A stretch of DNA of 39,901 bases from Terrimicrobiaceae bacterium (GTDB lineage: Bacteria; Verrucomicrobiota; Verrucomicrobiia; Chthoniobacterales; Terrimicrobiaceae). A program made the position numbers and the translations under genes. Position 1 is the first letter of the stretch, and each line of letters begins with the position of its first letter. Where the stretch lies: contig JBGSVZ010000002.1 in NCBI GenBank assembly GCA_041752695.1, forward strand, positions 1-39,901, given 5' to 3'. Positions 18,801 through 25,990 of this stretch are shown one piece after another. Under the pieces are notes generated by a model. It saw only the letters and a list, made by a program, of their open reading frames with translations. It was not told where the DNA came from and did no database searches.

Positions 18801-21378
18801 TGTTGAGTTTGGTGGCCGTGCCAGGCACCGGCGCGGCGCTGACCGCTACCGGCACGGACAGCGTCCCGGCTCCGCTTTCGGAGAGGACTTGATAAAAATA
18901 CGTCGTCCCGGTGACCAATCCGGTGTCGGCATAGGTGGTCGCGGCGAGGCCCGTCACAAGGGTCGTGAAGGGGCCCTGCGCGTTGGTCGAGCGCTGGATG
19001 GTGTAGAGAGAAACCTCAGCAACCCCCGACCAGGCGAGGGTGTTGACCGTAAACCCCGGAGTGACCGTCACACCAGTTGGCGGCGGTGGGGCAACGTCCG
19101 GCACGTTGGCGGAGACGGTGGCAAACCCGGAAATCCCCCCCGTGCCCACCGCGCTGACCCGATAATCATAGGCCATTCCTGCGGCCACGGTCGTGTCGGT
19201 GCAGCTGTTAGCATTGGCCGCCAACGCAGCGGTGACCAGGGACCATTGCTCGCGTCCGGCCGGACTGCGTTCGATGCGAAATCCGGTCTCGGCGGTGGAC
19301 GAATCGGTCCAGGCGAGCCGGACTTCGTAGTTAGCCGGATACGTGACCGCAGGCGAGGTGGGGGGATTAGGCACGGAAACATTGCGTGCGGCGAAGTTGA
19401 CGTTCGACCACTTCCCGTTCTGTCCGTCCGCCCCGACCGCCGCGATGCGGTAATAATACGCCACGTTCTGTGGGACCGTATCCGTAAGGGTTGAGGCCGT
19501 GTTGGCGGGATTGCTAAGTCCCACGAAGGGACCGTCCGGCGCATCCGCCCGCTCGATCACATAACTCATCGCCCCGGGGATGCGCGTCCAGGCCAACGTC
19601 CTGGAGGTGTTGGCGGGTGCGGTCACGGTGAGCGGTGGCGCGGCCTGCGGGCCGGCCGGGCCCACGACACGAAACTCGTCAATCACCGCGCTGCCGACCG
19701 CCTGCCCGCTCGTAATGGCCGAGTTGGTAAAAACAATCCGCCAGTCTCCGGCTGGCAGGGCGCTCACCAAGGCGCTTTCCACCTCGCTCCACAGGCCCTG
19801 CAGAACGACGGGAAGATGTTCGGCATAGGGTGTCGCGGTGTCGACAAAGAGCGTCACCACCCCGGGGTAGGTGGTCGAGAGGTTGTTGGCTGGCCGATTA
19901 AAGGTCAGTTGAAAACCGGTCGAGTTGAGCACCAGTCGAACGTCCTCGCCGCGAAAGGCTTTGCTGCCTCCGGCAAAGTCCTGCGCCGCGGTGTCACCCC
20001 AGAAGGTTTTGTCCGTGCCAGCGAGATTCATCGGATGGGTCGCGGCGTGCTCCCAGGTCGCGAGAGTTTTGCGCACGCCGGTGGCGGAAACGAGTTCCGC
20101 GCGGTAGGGCTGACCGTAACACCAATAGAGATGAAACCCGGGTTGGTCCGCCGCCGGGCCGCTGGACGAGGCCGGCACAATATGCAGACCGATTTCCTGA
20201 TTCTGGCCGGCCGTCGTGGCATTCTCAGACCGCAGACGGGCGTCGAGCAGGATGCCATAGGGATCCTGCCACGTGAAGGTGTCGTTGGATTCTGCCGCCG
20301 CTCCGTCACCGGTGAGTTTCAGCACACCATGGGACGAGCTGTTGTAGGAATACCCGGTCTCGGTCACATTGCCCGCAAGGACACTGAAACCCGTGCCGGC
20401 CACGATTTTTCCGGCCTGAACATTGGCGGCCGGGTTGGTATTCTCGAACCGGTCCCAGATTCGGTCCGCCAGCGGGTGGTATATCCCGTTGAGCGCATCG
20501 GCGAAACTCGCCCCGATCTCGTCCGAGTGCCCACCGCTGCGAATGACGATACGGCCGGTATTGCCATGATTCAGGTGCCCGAACCGATACACCGCCATCT
20601 GTTCCGCGCGCCGGAAATCTCCGTATTGGGTCATCAGCGCCGTGCGGAAATACGGGGGCAGAACGACGGCGGGGTCAGCGCTGGCGACGCTCATATATTC
20701 ATAGTCGGCGTCGACGTCCGCAGAACTTGTCCCGGCGCACTGCCAGCTTGGAATCACCGCCGGAAGGCTCGATCCCACCCTTCCCACAAAACCCCTGAAA
20801 AAGTCGCTGCGCAAATAGGCCAGGTCGTTGGCCGTGCGCGATCCGCCGGAAAGGCCCGACGCGTAAACGCGCCGCGGATCAATGTTGTACAGCTCCATCA
20901 TGCGATACGCGCCCATGATGGCCACGCCCCGGCGGAGATTGACCGACTGCGCGTTGCCGATTCCACTGCCGCCGATCCAGATCACGTCGTGCGCATCCAG
21001 CGCCGCCGCATACGAAGCGGGAAAGACATGGGCGTCTCCGGCGTCAACGTAGGTGATGAGTCCGTATTTACGCGTCGCATCGTTCGCATCGAACCCCGCC
21101 GGCAGCCGAACCACATAACCCCGCGTCGCCAGGTCAGAGTTCGTGTAGGAAATATCCGCCGAGCCCAGCGAGGTGTTGAAAGAACCCGGATTCTGGATCG
21201 AACCCAACGTCGTGGTGGCGGCGGTGCCCGGCGTGAGGTTCAGCGGATTCGCCGCGCGCCCGGGGAAAACCCCCAGGAACAGGGCCACCACCCCTGCAGC
21301 GACCTGTCTTACGGACCATCCGAAAACCGGCGAGGAACTCTCGGGACGAACCCGAAAATGGGGGGAGACCTTCATCAT
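12874..21378 (-). CDS. ~2834-aa secreted multi-enzyme: alpha/beta-hydrolase esterase, FN3 repeats, beta-helix passenger module, Ig, heparinase II/III-like domain, FN3, HYR, ConA/DUF1349-like, RFLRLRVT C-terminal domain
   Basis: Start reassigned to ATG 21378/21375 (MMKVSP...GVVALFLGVFPGRA export signal). YNIDPRRVYASGLSGGS (GxSxG). TYQWRKNG Ig. HPRVYF and GGHTFADRNTFTL (heparinase II/III-like). Ends RRFLRLRVTAP. Confidence 0.85.
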   Translation of the reverse strand: MMKVSPHFRVRPESSSPVFGWSVRQVAAGVVALFLGVFPGRAANPLNLTPGTAATTTLGSIQNPGSFNTSLGSADISYTNSDLATRGYVVRLPAGFDANDATRKYGLITYVDAGDAHVFPASYAAALDAHDVIWIGGSGIGNAQSVNLRRGVAIMGAYRMMELYNIDPRRVYASGLSGGSRTANDLAYLRSDFFRGFVGRVGSSLPAVIPSWQCAGTSSADVDADYEYMSVASADPAVVLPPYFRTALMTQYGDFRRAEQMAVYRFGHLNHGNTGRIVIRSGGHSDEIGASFADALNGIYHPLADRIWDRFENTNPAANVQAGKIVAGTGFSVLAGNVTETGYSYNSSSHGVLKLTGDGAAAESNDTFTWQDPYGILLDARLRSENATTAGQNQEIGLHIVPASSSGPAADQPGFHLYWCYGQPYRAELVSATGVRKTLATWEHAATHPMNLAGTDKTFWGDTAAQDFAGGSKAFRGEDVRLVLNSTGFQLTFNRPANNLSTTYPGVVTLFVDTATPYAEHLPVVLQGLWSEVESALVSALPAGDWRIVFTNSAITSGQAVGSAVIDEFRVVGPAGPQAAPPLTVTAPANTSRTLAWTRIPGAMSYVIERADAPDGPFVGLSNPANTASTLTDTVPQNVAYYYRIAAVGADGQNGKWSNVNFAARNVSVPNPPTSPAVTYPANYEVRLAWTDSSTAETGFRIERSPAGREQWSLVTAALAANANSCTDTTVAAGMAYDYRVSAVGTGGISGFATVSANVPDVAPPPPTGVTVTPGFTVNTLAWSGVAEVSLYTIQRSTNAQGPFTTLVTGLAATTYADTGLVTGTTYFYQVLSESGAGTLSVPVAVSAAPVPGTATKLNNTTPLDSGGSWSSGVVPTLADAARWNGTYSTGAVGIGAGLNTYQLQIASPSQAITINAGTGSLVLAEGGMDLSAATQNLTVNAPVTLAASQPWTVASGRTLTLNGPLSENTAGCGLTLAGAGTVVFATPAAHTGTTTLSNGTLSFTGTGTFTPFAGPLAATAGTLRVNQATATVTLNAVNLPADSNNTLTAINGVSGASVILDAAPTAALTFASNVAGMNLTVKNGAITYQALSGSTDATNVRVEGGNFTIAATSARYQLAAAGQTFQLTGGTVDISKVTSFGFRVGGSGSGTQVGAQNVVATQTGGNLFTTICTIGGNDTTALKSPSYTLSGGNFTATSTASNALQIGADPAGAGTSTFALAGGKLVIPGTISGGQAGAKQVFAFTAGTLTVGTINFNNLRSAATDATNGIFLQSGGTFAPGNVGVAGRTAFTGTYTLGASASLAMELGGTTQATAYQTGQYDYLAVTGSATLAGSLRVSLLPGFTPANSSTFSIFNASAGFTGAFANVAFGQRLATDDGAGSFLVAKSGNAVVLSDYRALTAPEITTQPTGTSAIVGATVSLSVTVSSELAVTYQWRKNGTPLPGATTANLGLSPVKLSDAGSYDVVVTNPAGTVTSAAALVNVALFDSAVLGSRPITYDETGVRPDAVSLPPAGVHPRVYFAAEDLPDIRQRLTTTSAGIEAFKMVQMYTSFLRNGRAVAWDSQPNSYKLMPDGTARCSNPGLYDRSAVYNQLVAGTTTALDAMIAANDGTGLYLLASSMALEAFECLVREGEAGVATRQTNLANALATWAAVVVADPNFPGVPGATNTAKWSNHFRFGGHHPALTYDMVFNAMTPTQRDTVRKALAKLMGGYFASEGSNTDYTGVGCTPEAVATNWVAINSFKIFPAMAIEGEVAVADAGYSAADLAGWFGRAMSSYHKFLTYGWFKTGVGLEGQGKNYLFGGHMVPFARRGYPFYAHPHVKAYAENWMPAATQPFGYSFILYDLLGGSGPNPEKGRLYMNGLDYIALKWMYPGNEQADFAWRNFVNTEYKDGTGQWRTFLDFRDGKFSPRSGYFNMLLPAAVYVSDVDSVTTWTAQNAAAQPGLDFIDPEGGSVIARSGFDPDATALLFHVRQDFGGHTFADRNTFTLSALGRLFVNYNSGSSDSGLEDAPFNSIVEVDGKSMKITPQEGDKLRIPAKLAAWTPTGGPATFATGDATYSYSQEWRWNAYTTTPTVTSGYTLEQNSHNTFRRAGNKIPEAFGDTPFRAFPHWVNPGQFEGMQAKTYNPMQQVYRTIGLVRGTKPYVLIVDDIRKDNTARTYKWFASVAEDLTILTGAALPSGANAATDVILSEPAGTGDRRLLVRILRADGTPVQAAGSTGSALAYLETVTSPNTTENWNRLVIERAATVTPQYRILLFPFRAGETLPTTNLSGNTLTVILGAQADTFAFTPRTATVAGQTVTMNEFTLQRNGTTLVDYRNQIEPAPVRVPAGTQEVLPPAPTGLTATAQAGAAIRLIWTDAATNESAWVVERSLAGAEDWTPLVTTLATNTATYLDGSAQAGQTYDYRVRCVSAVGLSNYAMALGVTSGQTGTDLTPPVLTVPAAITTPATGSNGAAVTFTTTALDNIDGELSATNSPASGSVFPIGTTVVTSIATDSSGNTSTASFTITVLQLPPAPWTVQQVGTVTSGANGTVSYDPATGAYTIQGRGGDIWNGTGESFTFTHQPWTGDGTFTARIVSFSSSDGAAKAGLMVRETLTPGAKNSFAYITRSGSGIVQHKTTTNGTVSSISSSGRAAPEWVRLVRSGDTFSGYFSADGIAWTQIGTTTTNLMAASPVSVGLAVGPRTAGTTATVVMDNVSFFTPLQSWRNDNFGTAENVGLAGDNADFDDDGLANLIEYAINSDPQLFSPAEGPVLGTAGSFLQLSFDRIADPEITYRVEATNDLTGTWSAIWQSTGSANIPGLVDVLDQVDLSNANPPRRFLRLRVTAP

Positions 21379-21480
21379 GGGGGGAGCACTCCCTGAACTG
21401 TAAGCCAGCACCAACAGAAGGCAAAAACAAAATACAGATTGCAAACAAATGCAACAAGAGCGAACTTTTCCCCCAGCGTT

Positions 21481-23862
21481 ATGGTTTCCCTCCGTCCGTG
21501 GATTTTTCTCCTTCTTCCCGTTCTGGCCCAAGCCCAGTCGGTTTCCGTCGTGGCTACGGATGCGGAAGCGACGGAGTCCGGGGTTTATCCGGGAACATTT
21601 CAGTTTTCGCGCTCCGGTGACACGTCCGCTCCGCTGGCAATTTCGGTCGGCTATTCGGGAAACGGCCGCCCGGGGTTCGATTACGAAACTCTGCCCGCCA
21701 CGATTGTGATCCCCGCCGGCCAGGCGACGGCAGACGTCCTTCTGGACCCGATCAACGATCCGGATGTCGAGTCCGGGCCGGACACCGTGACTGCCACCAT
21801 CCTGCCCGCGGCGGGTTACTCGGTGGGCAGCCCCGCCTCGGCGACCATCACGATCACCGACGATGAGACCTTTACCAACACTGCCCCCTTTCTCTACAGG
21901 GCCCGCTCGGATTCGCCGACGGCCTTGACGGTTTTCTGGACCGACAACTTCGAGACCGAAACCAAATACCGCCTGCAATACCGCGCGGAGGGCACCACGG
22001 CTTGGAGCACGATTGACAACCTCCCTCCCGGCACGACGAGCCGGCAGGTCAGCGGCCTCACTCCTGGGCTGGCCTATGAGTTCCGGGTGGCCGCTTTTCA
22101 GGGCACAACCTCCTCTCTCATTCAAAATTCTCTGCGGGCCGTCTCGCTCGCCCCCGACTCTCCGGCGCCGGCTTTTCGGTCGTTTGAACAATGGCGCATC
22201 GCCACGGGACTTGGCGGTCCCGCCCGGGCGAGCGAAGGCAGGACCACAGACGACCCCGACTCGGACGGTCGGACCAACCTTTGGGAATACCTGCTCGGCG
22301 GCAACCCTCTCGTCCCGGACTCCGTGGGCCTGACCCTCACCGGATCGCCCGCCGGGCTGGACCTGACCTGGCCGGAAAACCCGGACCTTTCCGATGCCAC
22401 GGCAGCGCTGGAAGAATCCCCCACCCTCGCTTCCTGGAGCCCCTCAACCCTGACCTCCGTCTCCGCCAACGGTCAGCGCACCGCCTTCGACTCGCGGGGC
22501 GGCCCGGCGCGGTTCTACCGCCTTGTTGCCACCCCCTCCGCGCCAACCGAACCTTCCGCAATAATCACCTGCTGGGGCGACAGCCTGACCGGCAACCCCG
22601 GCACCTACGTTGATAAACTGAAAGTGCGTTTGCCCGGCCGGACCATCCAGAATTGCGGCATCGGTGGCGATACCTCGATTCAGATCGCGGACCGAATTCG
22701 AGGCCTTCAGATTACAGCACCGTTTCCTGCTGTCTCCGCCGACACCCCGCCAGGCACCCCGGTGCGGGTGGTGGCCTCTCGAACCACGCATACCCGGCTG
22801 ATGAGCACCAGCCAGCGGGGCAACTGGTCAACCTACGCCAGCACCCTCGCCAATGCGTCCCGGGTGGAATTTTTTAACCTCGGCCACAAAATCGGCGAAT
22901 CTTCCACCCCGCTCAGCGCCAGCGTGACCTCCAACCGGACCGCCAGCGCCTCGCGCCTCCTCGCCCCCGGCCATCCGTTCTCCACCGGCGACGTGGTCCA
23001 TTTCCCGACCGGACCGCTCCCCTCACCCCTCGTGGCTGGCAAACCGTATTATGTCCGGGATGCTGATTCCGGCGGGTTTGCCCTGGTCGAAGCGGACACA
23101 CTTTTCAGCATTACGGCCAGCAGCGCGGCGCCCAGCGCCCGGTTTGTCTCGGCAGGCCATCCCTTTGCTGATGGAAACAGGGTCTCCTTCCGAAAAGGCG
23201 GCGCCCCTCCCGGGTTCCTCAGCGAGTTTCCCTATTTTGTCCGCGATGCGGATGGCGGCGGGTTCTCCCTCGCCGAATCGCCCGGCGGGACGGCCGTCTC
23301 GACCATCTACAGCGCCACCGGCAACATCCTCGGTCCGCCAGGGGCGGCGCTTCCGCTAGCGGCAGATTTTGCCGGCCCCACCATCCTGCGAGGACCCTTT
23401 GTGCTCAACTGGACCCACCCCGGCGGAGCCACCTCCCTGACCCTCCGCACCCACACGGACCGCGACGCCAACACTTTCATCTTTTGGATGGGACGCAACA
23501 ACTCCGCGCGTCCCCATGAGATTTACGCCGACCTCCACGCCGCGGTCGATCAAATCAAAGCCCTCAATGGACGGTTTCTCATCGTCTCCGTCACCAATGG
23601 CGGAGGCGAGTCGGCCGGGAGTCCCTATTACTACAACCCGGTGAATCTCAATGCCCTGATCCGGCAGGAATTCCCCGGGGAGTTTGTCGATCTCCGCTCC
23701 GCCCTCCTCCGCGCTGCCTCGTCGAGCGTCCAAGACCAGACCGACCGCGCCGCCGACATCCCGCCCGGCAGCCTGCGCAGCGACAACGTCCACCTCAACG
23801 ACGCCGGCCAGCAACTCACCGCCGACCTCCTCGCCGAGGAGATCACCGCCCGGGGGTGGTAG
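21481..23862 (+). CDS. Secreted Calx-beta + FN3 + internal RF.RL module + SGNH/GDSL hydrolase with inserted repeats
   Basis: Probable ATG 21481 (MVSLRPWIFLLLPVLAQA). Calx-beta-like VSVVATDAEATE...ATITITDDE. SGNH blocks WGDSLT, NCGIGGDTS, MGRNN and DNVH. Confidence 0.8.
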   Translation: MVSLRPWIFLLLPVLAQAQSVSVVATDAEATESGVYPGTFQFSRSGDTSAPLAISVGYSGNGRPGFDYETLPATIVIPAGQATADVLLDPINDPDVESGPDTVTATILPAAGYSVGSPASATITITDDETFTNTAPFLYRARSDSPTALTVFWTDNFETETKYRLQYRAEGTTAWSTIDNLPPGTTSRQVSGLTPGLAYEFRVAAFQGTTSSLIQNSLRAVSLAPDSPAPAFRSFEQWRIATGLGGPARASEGRTTDDPDSDGRTNLWEYLLGGNPLVPDSVGLTLTGSPAGLDLTWPENPDLSDATAALEESPTLASWSPSTLTSVSANGQRTAFDSRGGPARFYRLVATPSAPTEPSAIITCWGDSLTGNPGTYVDKLKVRLPGRTIQNCGIGGDTSIQIADRIRGLQITAPFPAVSADTPPGTPVRVVASRTTHTRLMSTSQRGNWSTYASTLANASRVEFFNLGHKIGESSTPLSASVTSNRTASASRLLAPGHPFSTGDVVHFPTGPLPSPLVAGKPYYVRDADSGGFALVEADTLFSITASSAAPSARFVSAGHPFADGNRVSFRKGGAPPGFLSEFPYFVRDADGGGFSLAESPGGTAVSTIYSATGNILGPPGAALPLAADFAGPTILRGPFVLNWTHPGGATSLTLRTHTDRDANTFIFWMGRNNSARPHEIYADLHAAVDQIKALNGRFLIVSVTNGGGESAGSPYYYNPVNLNALIRQEFPGEFVDLRSALLRAASSSVQDQTDRAADIPPGSLRSDNVHLNDAGQQLTADLLAEEITARGW

Positions 23863-24002
23863 GGGCAAATTCAGTGGCATCCAGGAGATCGCGAGCGGCG
23901 TTCCATAGACTAGAGTCGCCTTTTTGTCCCCCTTGCAAACGCCCCCCCTCATAAATCCCTCCAATTCCCCACAATCTCCCTCCGCGGCAAGGCTTCTCCA
24001 CC

Positions 24003-24074
24003 GCAACATTTTGCAACATCAACCGCAACAAACAGTAAGTTTTTGCTTGCAAGATTGGCGCAAGAGTCCATTTT
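24003..24074 (+). promoter_or_regulatory. Triple GCAACA direct-repeat operator plus sigma-70-like promoter of PEP-CTERM gene 1
   Basis: GCAACA at 24003, 24013 and 24025, TTTTGCTTGCA at 24041, TTGCAA-16-CATTTT. Same layout as 27543-27615. Confidence 0.7.
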
Positions 24075-24128
24075 TTAAAACCTAGGCCCCAGCAGTGGGT
24101 CCAAAACCCCTCCATCAATCCCACCACC

Positions 24129-25856
24129 ATGAAAAGAACCCTCGTTTCCTCGTTAACCCTCGGTGCCCTCGCTGCCGCTGGACTCATCTCACCAGCCCAT
24201 GCTGTTCAGCGGACTTGGGAAGGCAACAACAGCACCAGCTTGACTGATGCCCTCAATTATCTCGGCGGAACCGCCCCCATCGCCAATTCGGATGGCATCC
24301 TCTTCAACGCCGCCGGCTCACAGGGCACCACGCTGACACTCAATACCAGCATTCAATATTCGAACGCAGGCGGCGCGCTTACCTTCTCCTCCCTCGCCCC
24401 CGCTTACACCATCGGCGGCACGGGCACCATCACCATGGGTAGTGGCGGGATCGTGAACAACTCCGGTCTCACCCAAACCATCAATAACGCTATTACGCGC
24501 AACACGGGCAACGCTATCACCATCGGCGCTAACAACGGTACTTTAACGTTCGGCGGGGGTATCAATGTTGCTAACGGCTCTCTTTTCACTGCGTTCGGCA
24601 CGACCACTGGGGGCACCATCAACTTCAATGGTAACCTTACCACCGCGTCCGGCACAGGCGGCCTCACTCTCGGGGGCGGCACTGGTAGCGGAACTGTCAA
24701 CCTGAACGGCTCCGCCAACACTGGCATCAACGGCACCCTGCTCGTCCGCCAGAACGTCACGCTGAACATTTCCCAGTCCACCGGCATCGACAGCGCCACC
24801 ACGGTTACTCTCGATCCCCAGTCCGGAGCCGCTGCAGTTACCTTGAACAACACATCCTCCGGCGCCATCAGTACGGGTGCCTCTTTGGCAATTAACTCGG
24901 CAGGCAACCTGAATTTCGGCAGCACCAACAACCAGAATATCTCGTTCAACGGCACCGCAGCCATCAACGCCGACACCAATCGCACAGTCACGGTCGGCGG
25001 CACCGGTGTCACTGTCACCACCGCCGGAATCTGGAATAACACCTCAGCCGGCACCAGCCGCACCCTCACCGTAAATGGAGCAGGTAACACCTTCGCCGTC
25101 GGCGGCATCGCCATCGCCGCCACGGGCGACGAGGCTATTGATCGCAATTTCACGATCGCTGGCACGGGCAATCTCACTCTGGCTGGCGGCCTGACCAATG
25201 GTGCCACCAGCACCGGCCTCCGCGCTCTCACCCTGACCGGCTCAGGCACGACGACGATCAACGGTGCGAGCAACTACAGTAACACTACGACCATCGGCTC
25301 CACCGGCACCTTACTTGTCAACGGCTCTCATACTGGCGGTCGCGCTTACACGGTGAACGGCACCCTCGGCGGCACCGGCTCCATCGACACCTCTGTTGGC
25401 AACTTCGGGGTCACCGTCAACAGCACCGGCCGCCTCCAGGCTTCCAGCGTCGACAGCCTGGCTTTCTCCACCGGCACGGCCGCTTTAAACATCTCCAGTG
25501 CACTAGGCTCCGCTTCGCCCTCGATGCTCTTTAGCCTGGGCGCTCCAAGCGCCACGGTTGTTAGCACAACAGGTCAGCTAACCATTGGAACAGGACTGAT
25601 GGAATGGAACGATTTTTCGTTCACCGCCGTTTCCGGATTTGGCGCTGGCGTGTATCAGCTCTATGACTACGGCACACTCTCCGGCTCGCTGGGCAGCTCC
25701 TTGACTGGCACAATCAGCGGACTCAATGGCACCATTAGCAACGACACGGTCAACGGCGCGATCATCCTCACAGTTGTGCCCGAGCCAGCCACTTGCCTGC
25801 TCGTGGGCCTCGGCCTGGCGTCGGTCACCATCCTGCGTCGCCGCACTCGGGAATAG
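24129..25856 (+). CDS. PEP-CTERM sorting-domain protein with Gly/Thr/Asn-rich beta-strand repeats (575 aa)
   Basis: Signal peptide (..ISPAHA). LTLTGSGTTTINGASNYSNTTTI passenger-type repeat. C-terminus VPEPATCLLVGLGLASVTILRRRTRE. Confidence 0.92.
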   Translation: MKRTLVSSLTLGALAAAGLISPAHAVQRTWEGNNSTSLTDALNYLGGTAPIANSDGILFNAAGSQGTTLTLNTSIQYSNAGGALTFSSLAPAYTIGGTGTITMGSGGIVNNSGLTQTINNAITRNTGNAITIGANNGTLTFGGGINVANGSLFTAFGTTTGGTINFNGNLTTASGTGGLTLGGGTGSGTVNLNGSANTGINGTLLVRQNVTLNISQSTGIDSATTVTLDPQSGAAAVTLNNTSSGAISTGASLAINSAGNLNFGSTNNQNISFNGTAAINADTNRTVTVGGTGVTVTTAGIWNNTSAGTSRTLTVNGAGNTFAVGGIAIAATGDEAIDRNFTIAGTGNLTLAGGLTNGATSTGLRALTLTGSGTTTINGASNYSNTTTIGSTGTLLVNGSHTGGRAYTVNGTLGGTGSIDTSVGNFGVTVNSTGRLQASSVDSLAFSTGTAALNISSALGSASPSMLFSLGAPSATVVSTTGQLTIGTGLMEWNDFSFTAVSGFGAGVYQLYDYGTLSGSLGSSLTGTISGLNGTISNDTVNGAIILTVVPEPATCLLVGLGLASVTILRRRTRE

Positions 25857-25874
25857 TCTTTTTGTGGGGGTTAC

Positions 25875-25911
25875 AAAGGCCGCTACGGGGAACCGTGGCG
25901 GCCTTTTGTTT
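25875..25911 (+). terminator. Rho-independent terminator
   Basis: Stem AAAGGCCGCTACGG / loop GGAA / CCGTGGCGGCCTTT followed by TGTTT, just after the PEP-CTERM 1 stop. Confidence 0.85.
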
Positions 25912-25990
25912 ATGCCGCAGAACCTTTCGAAAACTCCAGGATGGACCGGTCTTCCCGGTGTCCGTGGCTCCAACAACACCCCAACGTGAA

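Noticed and set aside
2865..21378. Classical type V autotransporters
   Set aside because: Passenger-type repeats are present, but there is no C-terminal beta-barrel or terminal aromatic residue.
15433..21396. Long plus-strand ORFs (500 aa at 15433, 526 aa at 19816) and similar ones at 11603, 31015, 34281 and 38481
   Set aside because: They are antisense shadows of well-supported genes in GC-rich DNA, with no recognisable motifs.
21379..22191. 271-aa N-terminal extension of the 3105-aa ORF
   Set aside because: It is antisense to the Calx-beta/FN3 gene, and the export signal begins after Met at 21378.
25793..25990. N-terminal extension of the GH43 ORF
   Set aside because: It spans the PEP-CTERM tail and terminator. 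GH43 homology starts at MKIPNPILPG (25991).
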